From a bacterium (GTDB lineage: Bacteria; UBP7; UBA6624; JBBIMK01): a stretch of DNA of 32,000 nt. The translations under genes and the position numbers were made by a program. The notes below the pieces were generated by a model, which did not search any database, was not told where the DNA came from, and worked only from the letters and a program-made list of their open reading frames with translations. The stretch covers positions 1-32,000 of the forward strand of contig JBBIMK010000014.1 of the NCBI GenBank assembly GCA_037444445.1, given 5' to 3'. Of the stretch, positions 16,642 to 26,106 are shown in pieces (position 1 is the stretch's first letter; each line of letters starts with the position of its first letter).

Positions 16642-18898
16642 AACGGGTTTCCACCTCCTGAGCATCCACGACTGCAATGGCTGCCATATTGACGATAGAA
16701 GACACATCGCATCCTCGCTGGAGGATGTGAACGGGTTTGTCCATACCTAACAGGATGGGACCGATGGCTTCCGCCCCCGCCAGCCGCTCCACCAGTTTAT
16801 ACCCGATATTTCCCGAGGTTAAATCGGGGAAAATCAGGATGTTGGCAGGCCCACCTTTCAACTGGCTGAAGGGATAGGTTTCATCTAAAAGTTCCTGGAC
16901 GAGAGCGGTATCCGCTTGCATCTCCCCATCCGCAATCAGGTCAGGATATTTCTGGTGGATAATATCCACTGCTTTCCTTACTTTTTCCGTGAGGGGATGC
17001 TTGACGGAGCCGAAGTTGGAGAAGGAAAGGAAGGAGATACGGGGTTGAATGCCGAATTTCCTCGCCAGTTCTGCACTCTGGCATGCGAACTCTACCAGTT
17101 CTTCAGCGGTGGCTTCTATATTCACGGTGGTATCGGAGAAGATGAGGATTCTGTCTTTGAGAATCATAATGAAAACGCCGGAGACTTTCGTGGTGTCCTT
17201 TTTGGGTTTAATAATCTGGAGGGCGGGGCGGAGGGTGTCGGGATAGTGCTGATTCACGCCGGCGATGAGCCCGTCCGCATCACCCAGATGAACCATCATT
17301 GCCCCGAAATAATTGCGATTACGCAGCAACTGGGAAGCCTCGGATAGAGTGACCCCCTTCCGCTTCCGCAGTTGATACAGGGCTTGCGCATACTCCTCAA
17401 ATTTGGGCGAGGTTTCGGGATGAATCACGGTGATGCCCTTCATAGACAGGTGGAGTCGGCGAGCATTCTGGCGAATGGCTTCCGGGTTTCCCAGTAGGAT
17501 GGGATGGGCAATCTCTTCCTCCACCAGGGTGACCGCCGCTTTCAAAATCTTTTCCTCCTCCCCTTCCGGGAAAACGATGCGCCTGGGATTGGCTCTCGCC
17601 CGGTCTATGACCACGCGCATCACTTCCTGGGAGCGAGCCAGGCGTGCTTCCAGTTCTTGCCGGTAGCGGTCCAGGTCAATGTGTATCTGCGCCACGCCGG
17701 TTTCCATAGCGGCTTTCGCTACGGCGGGTGCCTCCCATAATAGCACCCTTGGGTCAAAGGGCTTGGGTATCACATAGTCAGGTCCAAACTCAAAGGACTG
17801 GTTGCCGTAGGCTCGCATCACGGACTCTGGCACACTCTCTCTGGTGAGGTCGGCAAGGGCATGAGCGGCGGCCACTTTCATCTCTTCATTTATCTGCGTG
17901 GCGCGAACATCCAGAGCCCCCCTGAAGATAAACGGAAAGCCGAGAACATTATTCACCTGATTGGGATAATCCGAGCGACCGGTGGCGATGATGGCATCGG
18001 GACGGGCTCGCTTGGCTACTTCATAAGGAATCTCCGGGTCCGGGTTCGCCATGGCAAAAATCATGGGCTTATCCGCCATTGATTTTACCATCTCCTCATC
18101 CACAATATTGCCGATGGAGAGGCCGATGAATACATCGGCGCCCCGCATTGCCTCGCGGAGGGTTCGGAGGGGTGTGTCCCGGGCGAAGCGCTCCTTGTAG
18201 GGGTTCATCCCTTCCGTTCTGCCGGTGTAAATAACCCCCCGAGTATCGCACAGGAGGATGTTCTCCCTTTTTGCGCCGAGGCGGATAAAGAATTCTCCCA
18301 GAGCGATCCCCGCAGCGCCAGCACCGTTGATGACAATCCGTGCCTCAGAGGGCTTCCTCCCCGTGAGTTCGCAGGAGTTTAAGAAGGCAGCTCCGGTGAT
18401 AATAGCCGTCCCGTGTTGGTCATCGTGAAAGACGGGAATCTTCATCCGCTTCTTCAACTCTTCTTCAATATAAAAACACTCGGGCGCCTTGATGTCCTCT
18501 AAGTTCACTCCGCCAAAAGTGGGCTCCAGAAGACGAACCGTTTGAATCACCAGGTCGGGGTCCTGGGTGTCTAACTCAATATCAAAGGCGTCAATATCGG
18601 CAAAACGCTTGAAGAGAACCGCCTTCCCTTCCATCACGGGCTTTGCCGCCAGAGGTCCAATATTTCCCAGCCCTAACACGGCGGTGCCATTGGAAATTAC
18701 CGCCACGAGATTTGCCCTGGCTGTGAACTCAAACACGAGGGCGGGGTCTTTATGAATATACCGGGAAGGCTCCGCCACACCCGGGGTGTAAGCGAGGGAC
18801 AAATCCTTCTGCGTCCTGCAGGGCTTCGTGACCCCGAGTTCTATTTTCCCCTTCCGCCCCCGCCGATGGTACTCCAGCGCTTCCTCTACACGAATCAT
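16622..18898 (-). CDS. maeB: NADP-dependent malic enzyme with C-terminal phosphotransacetylase-like domain
   Basis: 758 aa. '[12 protein letters not shown]', '[15 protein letters not shown]', '[15 protein letters not shown]', '[10 protein letters not shown]', then a PTA-like C-terminal half. GAGGAGG SD upstream. Confidence 0.92.
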   Translation of the reverse strand: MIRVEEALEYHRRGRKGKIELGVTKPCRTQKDLSLAYTPGVAEPSRYIHKDPALVFEFTARANLVAVISNGTAVLGLGNIGPLAAKPVMEGKAVLFKRFADIDAFDIELDTQDPDLVIQTVRLLEPTFGGVNLEDIKAPECFYIEEELKKRMKIPVFHDDQHGTAIITGAAFLNSCELTGRKPSEARIVINGAGAAGIALGEFFIRLGAKRENILLCDTRGVIYTGRTEGMNPYKERFARDTPLRTLREAMRGADVFIGLSIGNIVDEEMVKSMADKPMIFAMANPDPEIPYEVAKRARPDAIIATGRSDYPNQVNNVLGFPFIFRGALDVRATQINEEMKVAAAHALADLTRESVPESVMRAYGNQSFEFGPDYVIPKPFDPRVLLWEAPAVAKAAMETGVAQIHIDLDRYRQELEARLARSQEVMRVVIDRARANPRRIVFPEGEEEKILKAAVTLVEEEIAHPILLGNPEAIRQNARRLHLSMKGITVIHPETSPKFEEYAQALYQLRKRKGVTLSEASQLLRNRNYFGAMMVHLGDADGLIAGVNQHYPDTLRPALQIIKPKKDTTKVSGVFIMILKDRILIFSDTTVNIEATAEELVEFACQSAELARKFGIQPRISFLSFSNFGSVKHPLTEKVRKAVDIIHQKYPDLIADGEMQADTALVQELLDETYPFSQLKGGPANILIFPDLTSGNIGYKLVERLAGAEAIGPILLGMDKPVHILQRGCDVSSIVNMAAIAVVDAQEVETRYGSHGP

Positions 18899-18922
18899 AT
18901 TTCATCCAACCTCCTCAACCAT

Positions 18923-18931
18923 ACTATACCA
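18923..18931 (-). promoter_or_regulatory. Extended -10 element (TGGTATAGT) upstream of maeB
   Basis: The reverse complement of 18923-18931 reads TGGTATAGT, about 25 nt upstream of the maeB ATG. Confidence 0.45.
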
Positions 18932-18938
18932 CAAGGTG

Positions 18939-18983
18939 AATAACTGAGATTTTGGGGTCTGACCCCAAAAGGTGACATTATTT
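18939..18983 (-). repeat. Quasi-palindromic intergenic element, copy B (inverted copy of A)
   Basis: The reverse complement reads AAATAATGTCACCTTTTGGGGTCAGACCCCAAAATCTCAGTTATT, 1 mismatch to copy A over 45 nt. Confidence 0.92.
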
Positions 18984-19063
18984 TGACTTTGGCGCTGGGA
19001 AAGTGGAGTATAATATCTAACGGTGATAGATGAATACTTTTTATCCGGAGAAGAGATGACGGA

Positions 19064-19501
19064 ATGGCGAGGGAGGTAGGAATTCAAAAATTGGGTTGTT
19101 TATCGGCTCGGTGGCATTATTTCATTTTTTATAGCCTTTTCCTTCCTGTGGTACTGCTGAAGGCGGGGGTGGGTTTGGGGGCTATGGATGAGGCGTCTGC
19201 CAGTTCTCCTGCGCCTATGGAGCCTGGCGTCATACTGCGGAATTACGGGAAGGCGGTGGTGGGGCTGGCGTATCCGGAGCCTATTTTACAGGAGATGGAG
19301 AAAACGCCCCCTTCTGGAGAAATTTTTGCGCCGAAGGCGGAGGATGCGGAGAAGCAAGCGAAGGATTTATTCACCCCCGGGGATGCAGGCTACAAGTATG
19401 GCCACAACTATATGGGCTCCCTCCAATTTTTCTACCCCTGGTATGCCATCCGCATCTTTCAGACTCTATTCGGGGATTCATCCGCTTTCGCTGTGCTGTG
19501 A
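19064..19501 (+). CDS. Hypothetical small membrane-anchored protein
   Basis: 145-aa ORF with an N-terminal hydrophobic segment 'WHYFIFYSLFLPVVLL'. Its composition is protein-like, unlike the overlapping Arg-rich frame. No family recognised. Confidence 0.55.
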   Translation: MAREVGIQKLGCLSARWHYFIFYSLFLPVVLLKAGVGLGAMDEASASSPAPMEPGVILRNYGKAVVGLAYPEPILQEMEKTPPSGEIFAPKAEDAEKQAKDLFTPGDAGYKYGHNYMGSLQFFYPWYAIRIFQTLFGDSSAFAVL

Positions 19502-19535
19502 GGCACCCCCTTCGGTGGAAGGGAAGGATGACGAT

Positions 19536-21365
19536 TTGAAAATCCGGAATCCCCGGTCTGAAGTCCCCACTCCGAAATCCCGCTGGATAGCCTGCTTTTT
19601 CATGCTTTGGTGGGTATCTATTGCCTTTGCGGAAGAGCCTGCACCGGAGGGGCGGGAGAAACTTCGCCAGCGGGTATTTCAAATCTTTGACGAAGCCATG
19701 GCTATGGCGGAGAAAAGCCACGACTCCAGCAGAAGGAGTGGAGCACTTTATGTTCTGACAGTGGAGATGGCAAAAGTGGATGTAGACCGTGCCGTGAAAG
19801 TGGCGATGAAAAATGAGAATCCCTACTCCAGTGCGGACGCTCTCCTTGAGGCCGCCAGGGAGTTAGTAAAAATAAATCCAGAGAGTGCCCTTGAAGTGGT
19901 GCGAAAAATTCCCGAATCTGAATTGCTCCGTTTTTTAGGCATCACTTTGAAAAGATTAGATGAGAAACTGAAGGAAAAATGGCTTTACCCGGCGGAAAAA
20001 TGGGCAAGGGATAATTTTGACGCCTTCGCCTCTGCTAAGGCTGAGATACTCTGGCAGATTGCTGAAAATATCGGTAAGACGGATAAGGAGCGTGCCATCA
20101 CACTCCTTGAGCAAGGCATCACAACGGCTGAGAAAATTATTGACCCTTACAGGAAATACAAAAGTCTACTGGAGATTCTCGTGAAGATGGCAGAAGTGGA
20201 TGTCCAGCGTGCTCTGGAGTGGGCAGATGAAGTCTCAGACCCCGAGGCAAAAGATGAAGCACTCCATAAAATATCTTCCGACCTCACAAAAGTAGATGTG
20301 CCCCAGGCCCTGGCAATCTCGGACAAAATCGCTAACCCCACTGAAAAATCCCTAACTCTTGTGGAGATTGCCAGCGAACTCATGAAAACGGATAAAACTT
20401 CTGCCCTCGCCTTACTGGAGAAAGCCACGGCCATAGCGGAAGAAATCAAATATCCGCAAAACAAAGTGGAGGTATACAGCGATATAGCCTCTCAACTGGC
20501 TGAGATGGAACCGGGGCGTGCCCTTAGTCTCTTTGAAGTAGCCATTCATATAGCGGAAAACGAGATGTATGACGGGTGGAGGAAAGACTACGCCTTTTCC
20601 GTTATCTCCAGGGGTCTTTCCAGGGTGGATATAGGGAGGGCCCTGGAAGTTTCAGAGAAAATAACCGCTCTAAATGAGAAGGCAGAGACTCTTGAAAGCA
20701 TTGCGATTCAGGCGGTGAGGACATCCCCCGACCTGGTTTTAGAAATCGTGGAGCAAATGCCCGAGTTTGAACCGAAGCCTGCGTCGTGGCTCAATAAGGA
20801 TGGCCTCCTTTCCAGTCTCGCCAGAAAAGCGGCAAGAGTAAATCTTTCTTTGTCTCTTCAAGTAGTGGAGAAGATTCCTGACCCTTACTGGAAGAACCTC
20901 TCATGGGTTGAAATCGCTGAACCCCTGGCGGAAGTAGATTTAAGAAAAGCCCTTGACATCGTGGAGAAAGTGGTAGACCCTGGATGGAAGGCAGATGTTT
21001 TTCATCATATCGCCAATAGATTGGTGGACCGCCAGCCCGACCTTGCCGTAAGTTTCTATGAACGCGCCCTGATAGAAGCCAGGAAACTGGAAAATGAAAA
21101 AGATACAGCCATGGTGAGTCGCTTCATCGCATCAGACCTCGCAAGGGTGGATGTGGAGCGAGCCATAGAGATTGCGGAGAAAATCACAATGCCGGGCTGG
21201 AAAGCATGGGCTTTCTATGACATCGCTATGAAAGTATTACCGAAAGAACGAAACCGGGGTTTGAGCCTTCTTGAACAATCTCTAAAACTCGGCAGGCAAA
21301 GAGAAAACCCCGACATCCTTGCCAGGGTAGCATCTGCTCTGTGGCAGGTGGGCGCAGGGAAATAA
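19536..21365 (+). CDS. Secreted alpha-helical repeat protein (about 15 units of a 32-39-residue repeat), family unknown
   Basis: In-frame TTG 19536 follows GGAAGGGAAGG and gives the signal peptide 'KIRNPRSEVPTPKSRWIACFFMLWWVSIAFA/EEP' (alternative start ATG 19602). Repeats run like 'LVKMAEVDVQRALEWADEVSDPEAKDEA / LHKISSDLTKVDVPQALAISDKIANPTEKSLT'. The 5' 116 codons of the track ORF (from 19188) are Arg-rich out-of-frame read-through. Confidence 0.7.
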   Translation: MKIRNPRSEVPTPKSRWIACFFMLWWVSIAFAEEPAPEGREKLRQRVFQIFDEAMAMAEKSHDSSRRSGALYVLTVEMAKVDVDRAVKVAMKNENPYSSADALLEAARELVKINPESALEVVRKIPESELLRFLGITLKRLDEKLKEKWLYPAEKWARDNFDAFASAKAEILWQIAENIGKTDKERAITLLEQGITTAEKIIDPYRKYKSLLEILVKMAEVDVQRALEWADEVSDPEAKDEALHKISSDLTKVDVPQALAISDKIANPTEKSLTLVEIASELMKTDKTSALALLEKATAIAEEIKYPQNKVEVYSDIASQLAEMEPGRALSLFEVAIHIAENEMYDGWRKDYAFSVISRGLSRVDIGRALEVSEKITALNEKAETLESIAIQAVRTSPDLVLEIVEQMPEFEPKPASWLNKDGLLSSLARKAARVNLSLSLQVVEKIPDPYWKNLSWVEIAEPLAEVDLRKALDIVEKVVDPGWKADVFHHIANRLVDRQPDLAVSFYERALIEARKLENEKDTAMVSRFIASDLARVDVERAIEIAEKITMPGWKAWAFYDIAMKVLPKERNRGLSLLEQSLKLGRQRENPDILARVASALWQVGAGK

Positions 21366-21406
21366 TGACCCTTTTGGGGTCAGGCACCAAACGGTGTCAT
21401 TATTTT
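21360..21406 (+). repeat. Quasi-palindromic intergenic element, copy C
   Basis: AAATAATGACCCTTTTGGGGTCAGGCACCAAACGGTGTCATTATTTT. The arms AATAATGAC / GTCATTATT pair. It contains the stop codon of the upstream gene. Confidence 0.9.
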
Positions 21407-21432
21407 GTGATTTACAATTATACCGGGTTGAG

Positions 21433-24400
21433 ATGGAAGAAGGGTGGGCAGAGCGATTGGGGTTGAACCCGGAGCAGTGGTCAGCGGTGAAGGCGCTGGC
21501 ATCGGGAGGTGGGACATCTGGTGGGGGGAATTTGCTGGTGAGCGCCGCTGCGGGCAGTGGAAAGACGCGAACCCTGGTGGGCGCCTACCTGTATCTTTTC
21601 GCCACTGGCTCTGCTCCGCTGGAACGCATTGTGGCAATTACCTTCACGGAGAAGGCGGGCGGAGAACTCCGTGCCAGAATCCGGGAAGGCATCCTGAATC
21701 TAAAACCTGAAATTCTCCACCCGGAATCCGTAATGGAGCGCCTGGCGGAGGCACCCATCGGCACCATTCACTCCTTCTGCGGACGAATTCTCAGGGATTA
21801 TGCGGGCGAAGCGGGCTTGCCCCCGGATTTTGAAGTCCTTCAGCCGGTGGAAAGCCAGTATCTGTTAGAGAAGGTGGCGCGAAACTGCCTGTCCCCACTG
21901 CTGGTGGCTTCCCGAAAAGAAAACGGGAGGGCAGATACCCTGACCGCCCTGCTGGCGCGGAATGAGTATCGCTTTTCTTCTATTCTAAAAAGCATTGTGG
22001 AAATCATCCTCTCGGCGAGAACGCGCCACCTGCCCCCGGAGAAGTGGACGGTGTATGGCTTGAAGGCGGAGGAGAGAAGTCAGGAGACAAAAGACAGGAA
22101 ACAAACAGCGGGACAAGAGGCTCAAGAGAATACAATCCATAGTCAAAAGCCCGATGAATTAAAGTATACGAAAGATATTCTATTGTTAACAAAATATGTA
22201 TATGATTCGTTTATAAAAGAGAAAAAGAGGCAGGGGTTGGTGGATTTTGATGACCTGTTAGAGAAGGTTCACGACCTTCTCACCGCCCATGAGGATATAG
22301 CGATAGAGGTATCTGGTCGATTCCCTTATATTCTCGTGGACGAATTTCAGGATACGGATATTCTGCAATATGCCATTTTTCAGGCTTTGCATCGGAAGGG
22401 AGCCAGGTTTTTCTTTGTGGGCGACCCGAAGCAGTCCATCTATCGCTTCCGTGGCGCAGAAGTGGCTTGCTTCTATCAGGCGAGGAAGGATTTTCAGGTG
22501 ACTCCATTGCACCTCTCCTGTAACTACCGCTCCCGAAAGGGTCTGGTGGAGTATTACAACCGCTTCTTCTCCCTCACTTTTTCGGAAGGGCTCCAGGAGA
22601 TACCCTACGAATATATGAAGCCCGCTCGGGAATCCACCTCATCGGGAAATGAGGGAGAATCGCTACCGGTTTCCGTCATCCTCCACCTGTCCACCTTCGT
22701 GGAAGAATTACGAGCCTTTGAGGTGAAGCGACTGGTTTCCCTCCTGCAGGAACTCAGGGCAGGGGGGCTGGAATGGGGCGACATCGCAGTGTTATTACGG
22801 AATTTTAGCCGGATTGTCCATTATGAATCCGCTCTCACCCGGGCTGGCATACCCTTCTTCACCTTCTCCGGCAGGGGGTTCTGGGACTCGCCTGAAATCC
22901 ACGACTTCATCAACTTTCTCCGCTGCCTTCTCTTCCCGGCGGACAGGTTAGCGTATGCTTCCGTCCTGAAATCCCCCTTCGGCGGTGTTTCGGATGAAGG
23001 CTTGATGGCGCATTTTACGAAAACGAGGGTGGAAAGCGAGCCTCTGAAGGAGGATGCCCTTCGCATTCAAGCGGTAGATGAGTTGCTCACCGGGTTTCGT
23101 GAGAGGATGTGGAAAATCCCTCTTCCACGCCTTCTGGAGGAAATACTTCAGGAGTCCTGGGTGGGGGCGGTGTTATTAGCCACCCCGGGCGGGCTCAGAA
23201 AATATGCCAACCTGAAAAAACTCGTGGATTTAGCCAGGTCCCTCTCCAGAAGGTTCTCACTCACTCTGCCCGATTTCTTAGAGTATTTTCAGGTGTTCCA
23301 GGAGCGAGGGGCGGTGGAAGGGCCTGCTCCGGTGGATGTGCAGGATAAATCCACGGTGAAGTTCTTAACAGTCCACGCCGCAAAAGGTCTGGAATTCCCC
23401 GTGGTCATTCTGGTGGACAATTATTATCACCTGCCCTCGCCGCCGGACATCCTGGTCTCCTCCCGCTATCGTTCGGATTTTTACCCGGATGAAGGCATTC
23501 TCGTCCGCACGCCGGAAACGGATGAAAAGGGCGAAAAACTGAAAGCCCCCCTGTTCAATCAACTCCTGAAGTGTGAGCGGATGAGGGAAAGGGAGGAAGA
23601 GAAACGAGGGCTGTATGTGGCCTGCACCCGGGCGATGGACCGCCTCATCTTTTTCTTCAGCGCCAAAGTGAAGGAGGATAAAAAAAACAGGAGATGGATG
23701 CTGGACTTCCCCAAAAATGCCAGCCATTGCTTCTCCACTCTGTTTGCTCTGGGACACGGGCTTTATGAATCCTTTAGAGACGAAGGGGATGGAACGCGGG
23801 GAAAACCATCCAGCCTGCTGGATGCCACTTCTATACAAGAGTTACAATCGTTGGTGGAATCGCATCTTCGGAAAGAAGGGCTTGAGGTGTTGAGTTGGGA
23901 GCCTGAAGTCCGTGGTCCAGAGGCGTCCGCCCCGGCTGTTCCTGTGGAAATGTCGGCGGTGGAGTATCAGAGGCGTTTCGCTCCCATACCTGCGCCTGAA
24001 TGGAAGGGAATTCGTGAAGCGGTGAAAGTGGAAGCAGAGCCGCCCACCGAGGCAGAAGCCCGCTGGGGAAACATCCTCCATCGCTTCCTTTACCTCTGGG
24101 ATTTTCAGCCCCAAACCGCACAGCGGGTGCTGGAGAAGGTGAGCCGAGAATTCGCTCTCTCTAAAGCCATGATGCTGGAAGTGAAAGAGATGACGGAAAA
24201 CATCCTGAAAACCCCTTTACCCGGGTGGGTGGAGTCCGCAGTAAGAGTTCATAAAGAGTTCAGCCTGTATGAGAGAGGTGAGGCTGGCTGGGTTCACGGC
24301 AAAGCTGACCTGATTCTCATCTATCCCGACTCCTTCATCCTCGTGGATTACAAAGTCACGACTGGAGAAATAGAGCCCTATCGCCCGCAGTTAGCCTCCT

Positions 24401-24489
24401 ACACCCGTATACTGAAAGAGAGCCTGGCACTCCCCCCTCGCGGAACCTACATTCTCGTTTTACCATCCACCACCCTGATTCGGCTGTGA
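21433..24489 (+). CDS. UvrD/AddA-like superfamily-1 helicase with C-terminal PD-(D/E)XK (RecB-type) nuclease domain
   Basis: 'SAAAGSGKTRTLV' (motif I), 'ITFTEKAGGELRARI' (Ia), 'ILVDEFQDTD' (II), 'VGDPKQSIYRFRGA' (III), 'LTVHAAKGLEFPVV' (V), 'LYVACTRAMDRL' (VI). Nuclease motif 'GKADLILIY..FILVDYKVT'. Start at ATG 21433 (MEEGWAERLGLNPEQ). Confidence 0.88.
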   Translation: MEEGWAERLGLNPEQWSAVKALASGGGTSGGGNLLVSAAAGSGKTRTLVGAYLYLFATGSAPLERIVAITFTEKAGGELRARIREGILNLKPEILHPESVMERLAEAPIGTIHSFCGRILRDYAGEAGLPPDFEVLQPVESQYLLEKVARNCLSPLLVASRKENGRADTLTALLARNEYRFSSILKSIVEIILSARTRHLPPEKWTVYGLKAEERSQETKDRKQTAGQEAQENTIHSQKPDELKYTKDILLLTKYVYDSFIKEKKRQGLVDFDDLLEKVHDLLTAHEDIAIEVSGRFPYILVDEFQDTDILQYAIFQALHRKGARFFFVGDPKQSIYRFRGAEVACFYQARKDFQVTPLHLSCNYRSRKGLVEYYNRFFSLTFSEGLQEIPYEYMKPARESTSSGNEGESLPVSVILHLSTFVEELRAFEVKRLVSLLQELRAGGLEWGDIAVLLRNFSRIVHYESALTRAGIPFFTFSGRGFWDSPEIHDFINFLRCLLFPADRLAYASVLKSPFGGVSDEGLMAHFTKTRVESEPLKEDALRIQAVDELLTGFRERMWKIPLPRLLEEILQESWVGAVLLATPGGLRKYANLKKLVDLARSLSRRFSLTLPDFLEYFQVFQERGAVEGPAPVDVQDKSTVKFLTVHAAKGLEFPVVILVDNYYHLPSPPDILVSSRYRSDFYPDEGILVRTPETDEKGEKLKAPLFNQLLKCERMREREEEKRGLYVACTRAMDRLIFFFSAKVKEDKKNRRWMLDFPKNASHCFSTLFALGHGLYESFRDEGDGTRGKPSSLLDATSIQELQSLVESHLRKEGLEVLSWEPEVRGPEASAPAVPVEMSAVEYQRRFAPIPAPEWKGIREAVKVEAEPPTEAEARWGNILHRFLYLWDFQPQTAQRVLEKVSREFALSKAMMLEVKEMTENILKTPLPGWVESAVRVHKEFSLYERGEAGWVHGKADLILIYPDSFILVDYKVTTGEIEPYRPQLASYTRILKESLALPPRGTYILVLPSTTLIRL

Positions 24490-24537
24490 AACATTCACCG
24501 CTATCTACTCTCTTCTGTGTGATAGGATAATACTGGC

Positions 24538-26106
24538 ATGGCGGAAGGGAAGAGAGAGAGTTTCATCCCTCTTTCACTTTTTTTGTTTTCTTTCTTTCTC
24601 CTTCTGGTTCGGTCGGCTCTTTACAGTTATTGGGCCGATGAAGCCTACACAGCCCTTGTGGTGGTTCAGCCGTGGGATGCTTACTGGAAGACCCTGCTGG
24701 AGGATGTGCACCCTCCACTCTACTGGCTGGTCTTGAAGCCGTGGGCGATGGTAGCGGGGAATTCGGAACTCGCCCTCCGTTATCCCTCCATCCTCTTTGC
24801 CCTGGGCTGTCTTGCCCTTTTCATAGCACTCATCCGCAGGATGTTTCCCGAAAAAGGAGTGGAGAGCCTGCTGGGTTTTCTCCTGGCACTCTCTCCAGCG
24901 TTCCTCCTTTATGCCCCTATGGCTCGCTATTATTCTATCTCCCTCTTCCTCTTTCTCCTTTCCACGCTTTTCTTTCTGGAGGCTGTGGAAGGGATGCCAC
25001 GGCAAACGACGGGGTGGAGAGGACCGGGTTCCTGGAGGTGGGGGTTGTATGCCTTCTTTCTCGCTATGCTCATTTATACGGACCCGGTGGCGTGGACGGG
25101 GGCTATCTTTCACTTTGCCTATCTTCTGGTGCGCGGTGAAAAGGGGAAGGGCCTCTGGCTCTTCTGCTGGATGGTCTCCTTTCTTGTTTTTCTTCCGTAT
25201 GTTCCGATTCTCGTAGAGGCGATAAGGGCGCACGGGGCGGAGGTTCATCTTTCCCCGATGGGGATGGTGAAGGAATGGGTGTTGAAGGCAGGATTTGGGG
25301 GCTGGGATTTCCTGCTGGGGCAGTTTGTTCCGCCCCTGTGGCTCGCAATCCCCGGGGGGCTATGCGCCCTGATTCTCAGCCTGTTCGGTTATTTTCATCT
25401 GCCCGCCCCCTCTTCTGTCCTGCCTGTTCCCTTCAGTAGAAGATTCTTCTTTCTGCTTGTTTGGGCTCTTCCTGCCTATGCCCTTTTGATGACGGCAGGT
25501 ATTCGCATCGGGATTGAGTTTTTCCCTGCCCGCGTGTTCTTCCTGCTTCCAGCATTCGTTGTCTTGCCTGGATTGGGGATAGAAAGGTGTGTGAAATGGA
25601 AGCCCGGTGTTGTATGGTTTCTCCCTCTGGTCTACCTGATGAACCTGGGTAATGCGGATGCTCTTTTACTCCTTAGAGAGAATGCTCTATTCTCCACCTA
25701 TGTCATCCGATGTGGCGAGGAGGCGCAGATGGCGAGGATGCAAACGGAACCCGGGGTTGAGTCCATCATCGTGGCTGATGAGGTTTGTATGCTGTTTTAT
25801 CTAAAGGGTCAGCGAGAAGTGTTTATTCTGAATGAGAAGGGAAAACTCCCCGCTTTGCGGGATGAAATTATACAGAAATTGCCGGGGAGGGTGGTGGTGA
25901 ACTGGAACCCGAAAGATGTCACGGGTGGAGCAATGAAGGAGTTTCTGCAGTGGCTTTCCCTGGCTTACGGAGACCTGACCATCGGGCAGGAGAAAGAGTC
26001 TCCTCATATAACTTACCTGAAGCGGCTTGCGGGCATTTCGTCCCCGGTGATAAAACGCGAGATGAGGGTGTGGTCTGTTCTTCCGATTGACCCGAGGGTA
26101 GAATGA
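24538..26106 (+). CDS. GT-C fold membrane glycosyltransferase (GT39/GT83, PMT/ArnT-like)
   Basis: There are many hydrophobic segments. It has an early loop motif 'YWADEAYT' and a soluble C-terminal domain of about 130 aa. It overlaps the next gene by ATGA. Confidence 0.7.
   Translation: MAEGKRESFIPLSLFLFSFFLLLVRSALYSYWADEAYTALVVVQPWDAYWKTLLEDVHPPLYWLVLKPWAMVAGNSELALRYPSILFALGCLALFIALIRRMFPEKGVESLLGFLLALSPAFLLYAPMARYYSISLFLFLLSTLFFLEAVEGMPRQTTGWRGPGSWRWGLYAFFLAMLIYTDPVAWTGAIFHFAYLLVRGEKGKGLWLFCWMVSFLVFLPYVPILVEAIRAHGAEVHLSPMGMVKEWVLKAGFGGWDFLLGQFVPPLWLAIPGGLCALILSLFGYFHLPAPSSVLPVPFSRRFFFLLVWALPAYALLMTAGIRIGIEFFPARVFFLLPAFVVLPGLGIERCVKWKPGVVWFLPLVYLMNLGNADALLLLRENALFSTYVIRCGEEAQMARMQTEPGVESIIVADEVCMLFYLKGQREVFILNEKGKLPALRDEIIQKLPGRVVVNWNPKDVTGGAMKEFLQWLSLAYGDLTIGQEKESPHITYLKRLAGISSPVIKREMRVWSVLPIDPRVE

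Noticed and set aside
19188-19535. N-terminal 116 codons of the 725-aa ORF (19188..21365)
   Set aside because: The translation is Arg/Trp-rich and low-complexity, and it overlaps the protein-like 19064..19501 ORF in another frame. An in-frame TTG with an RBS and a good signal peptide begins at 19536.
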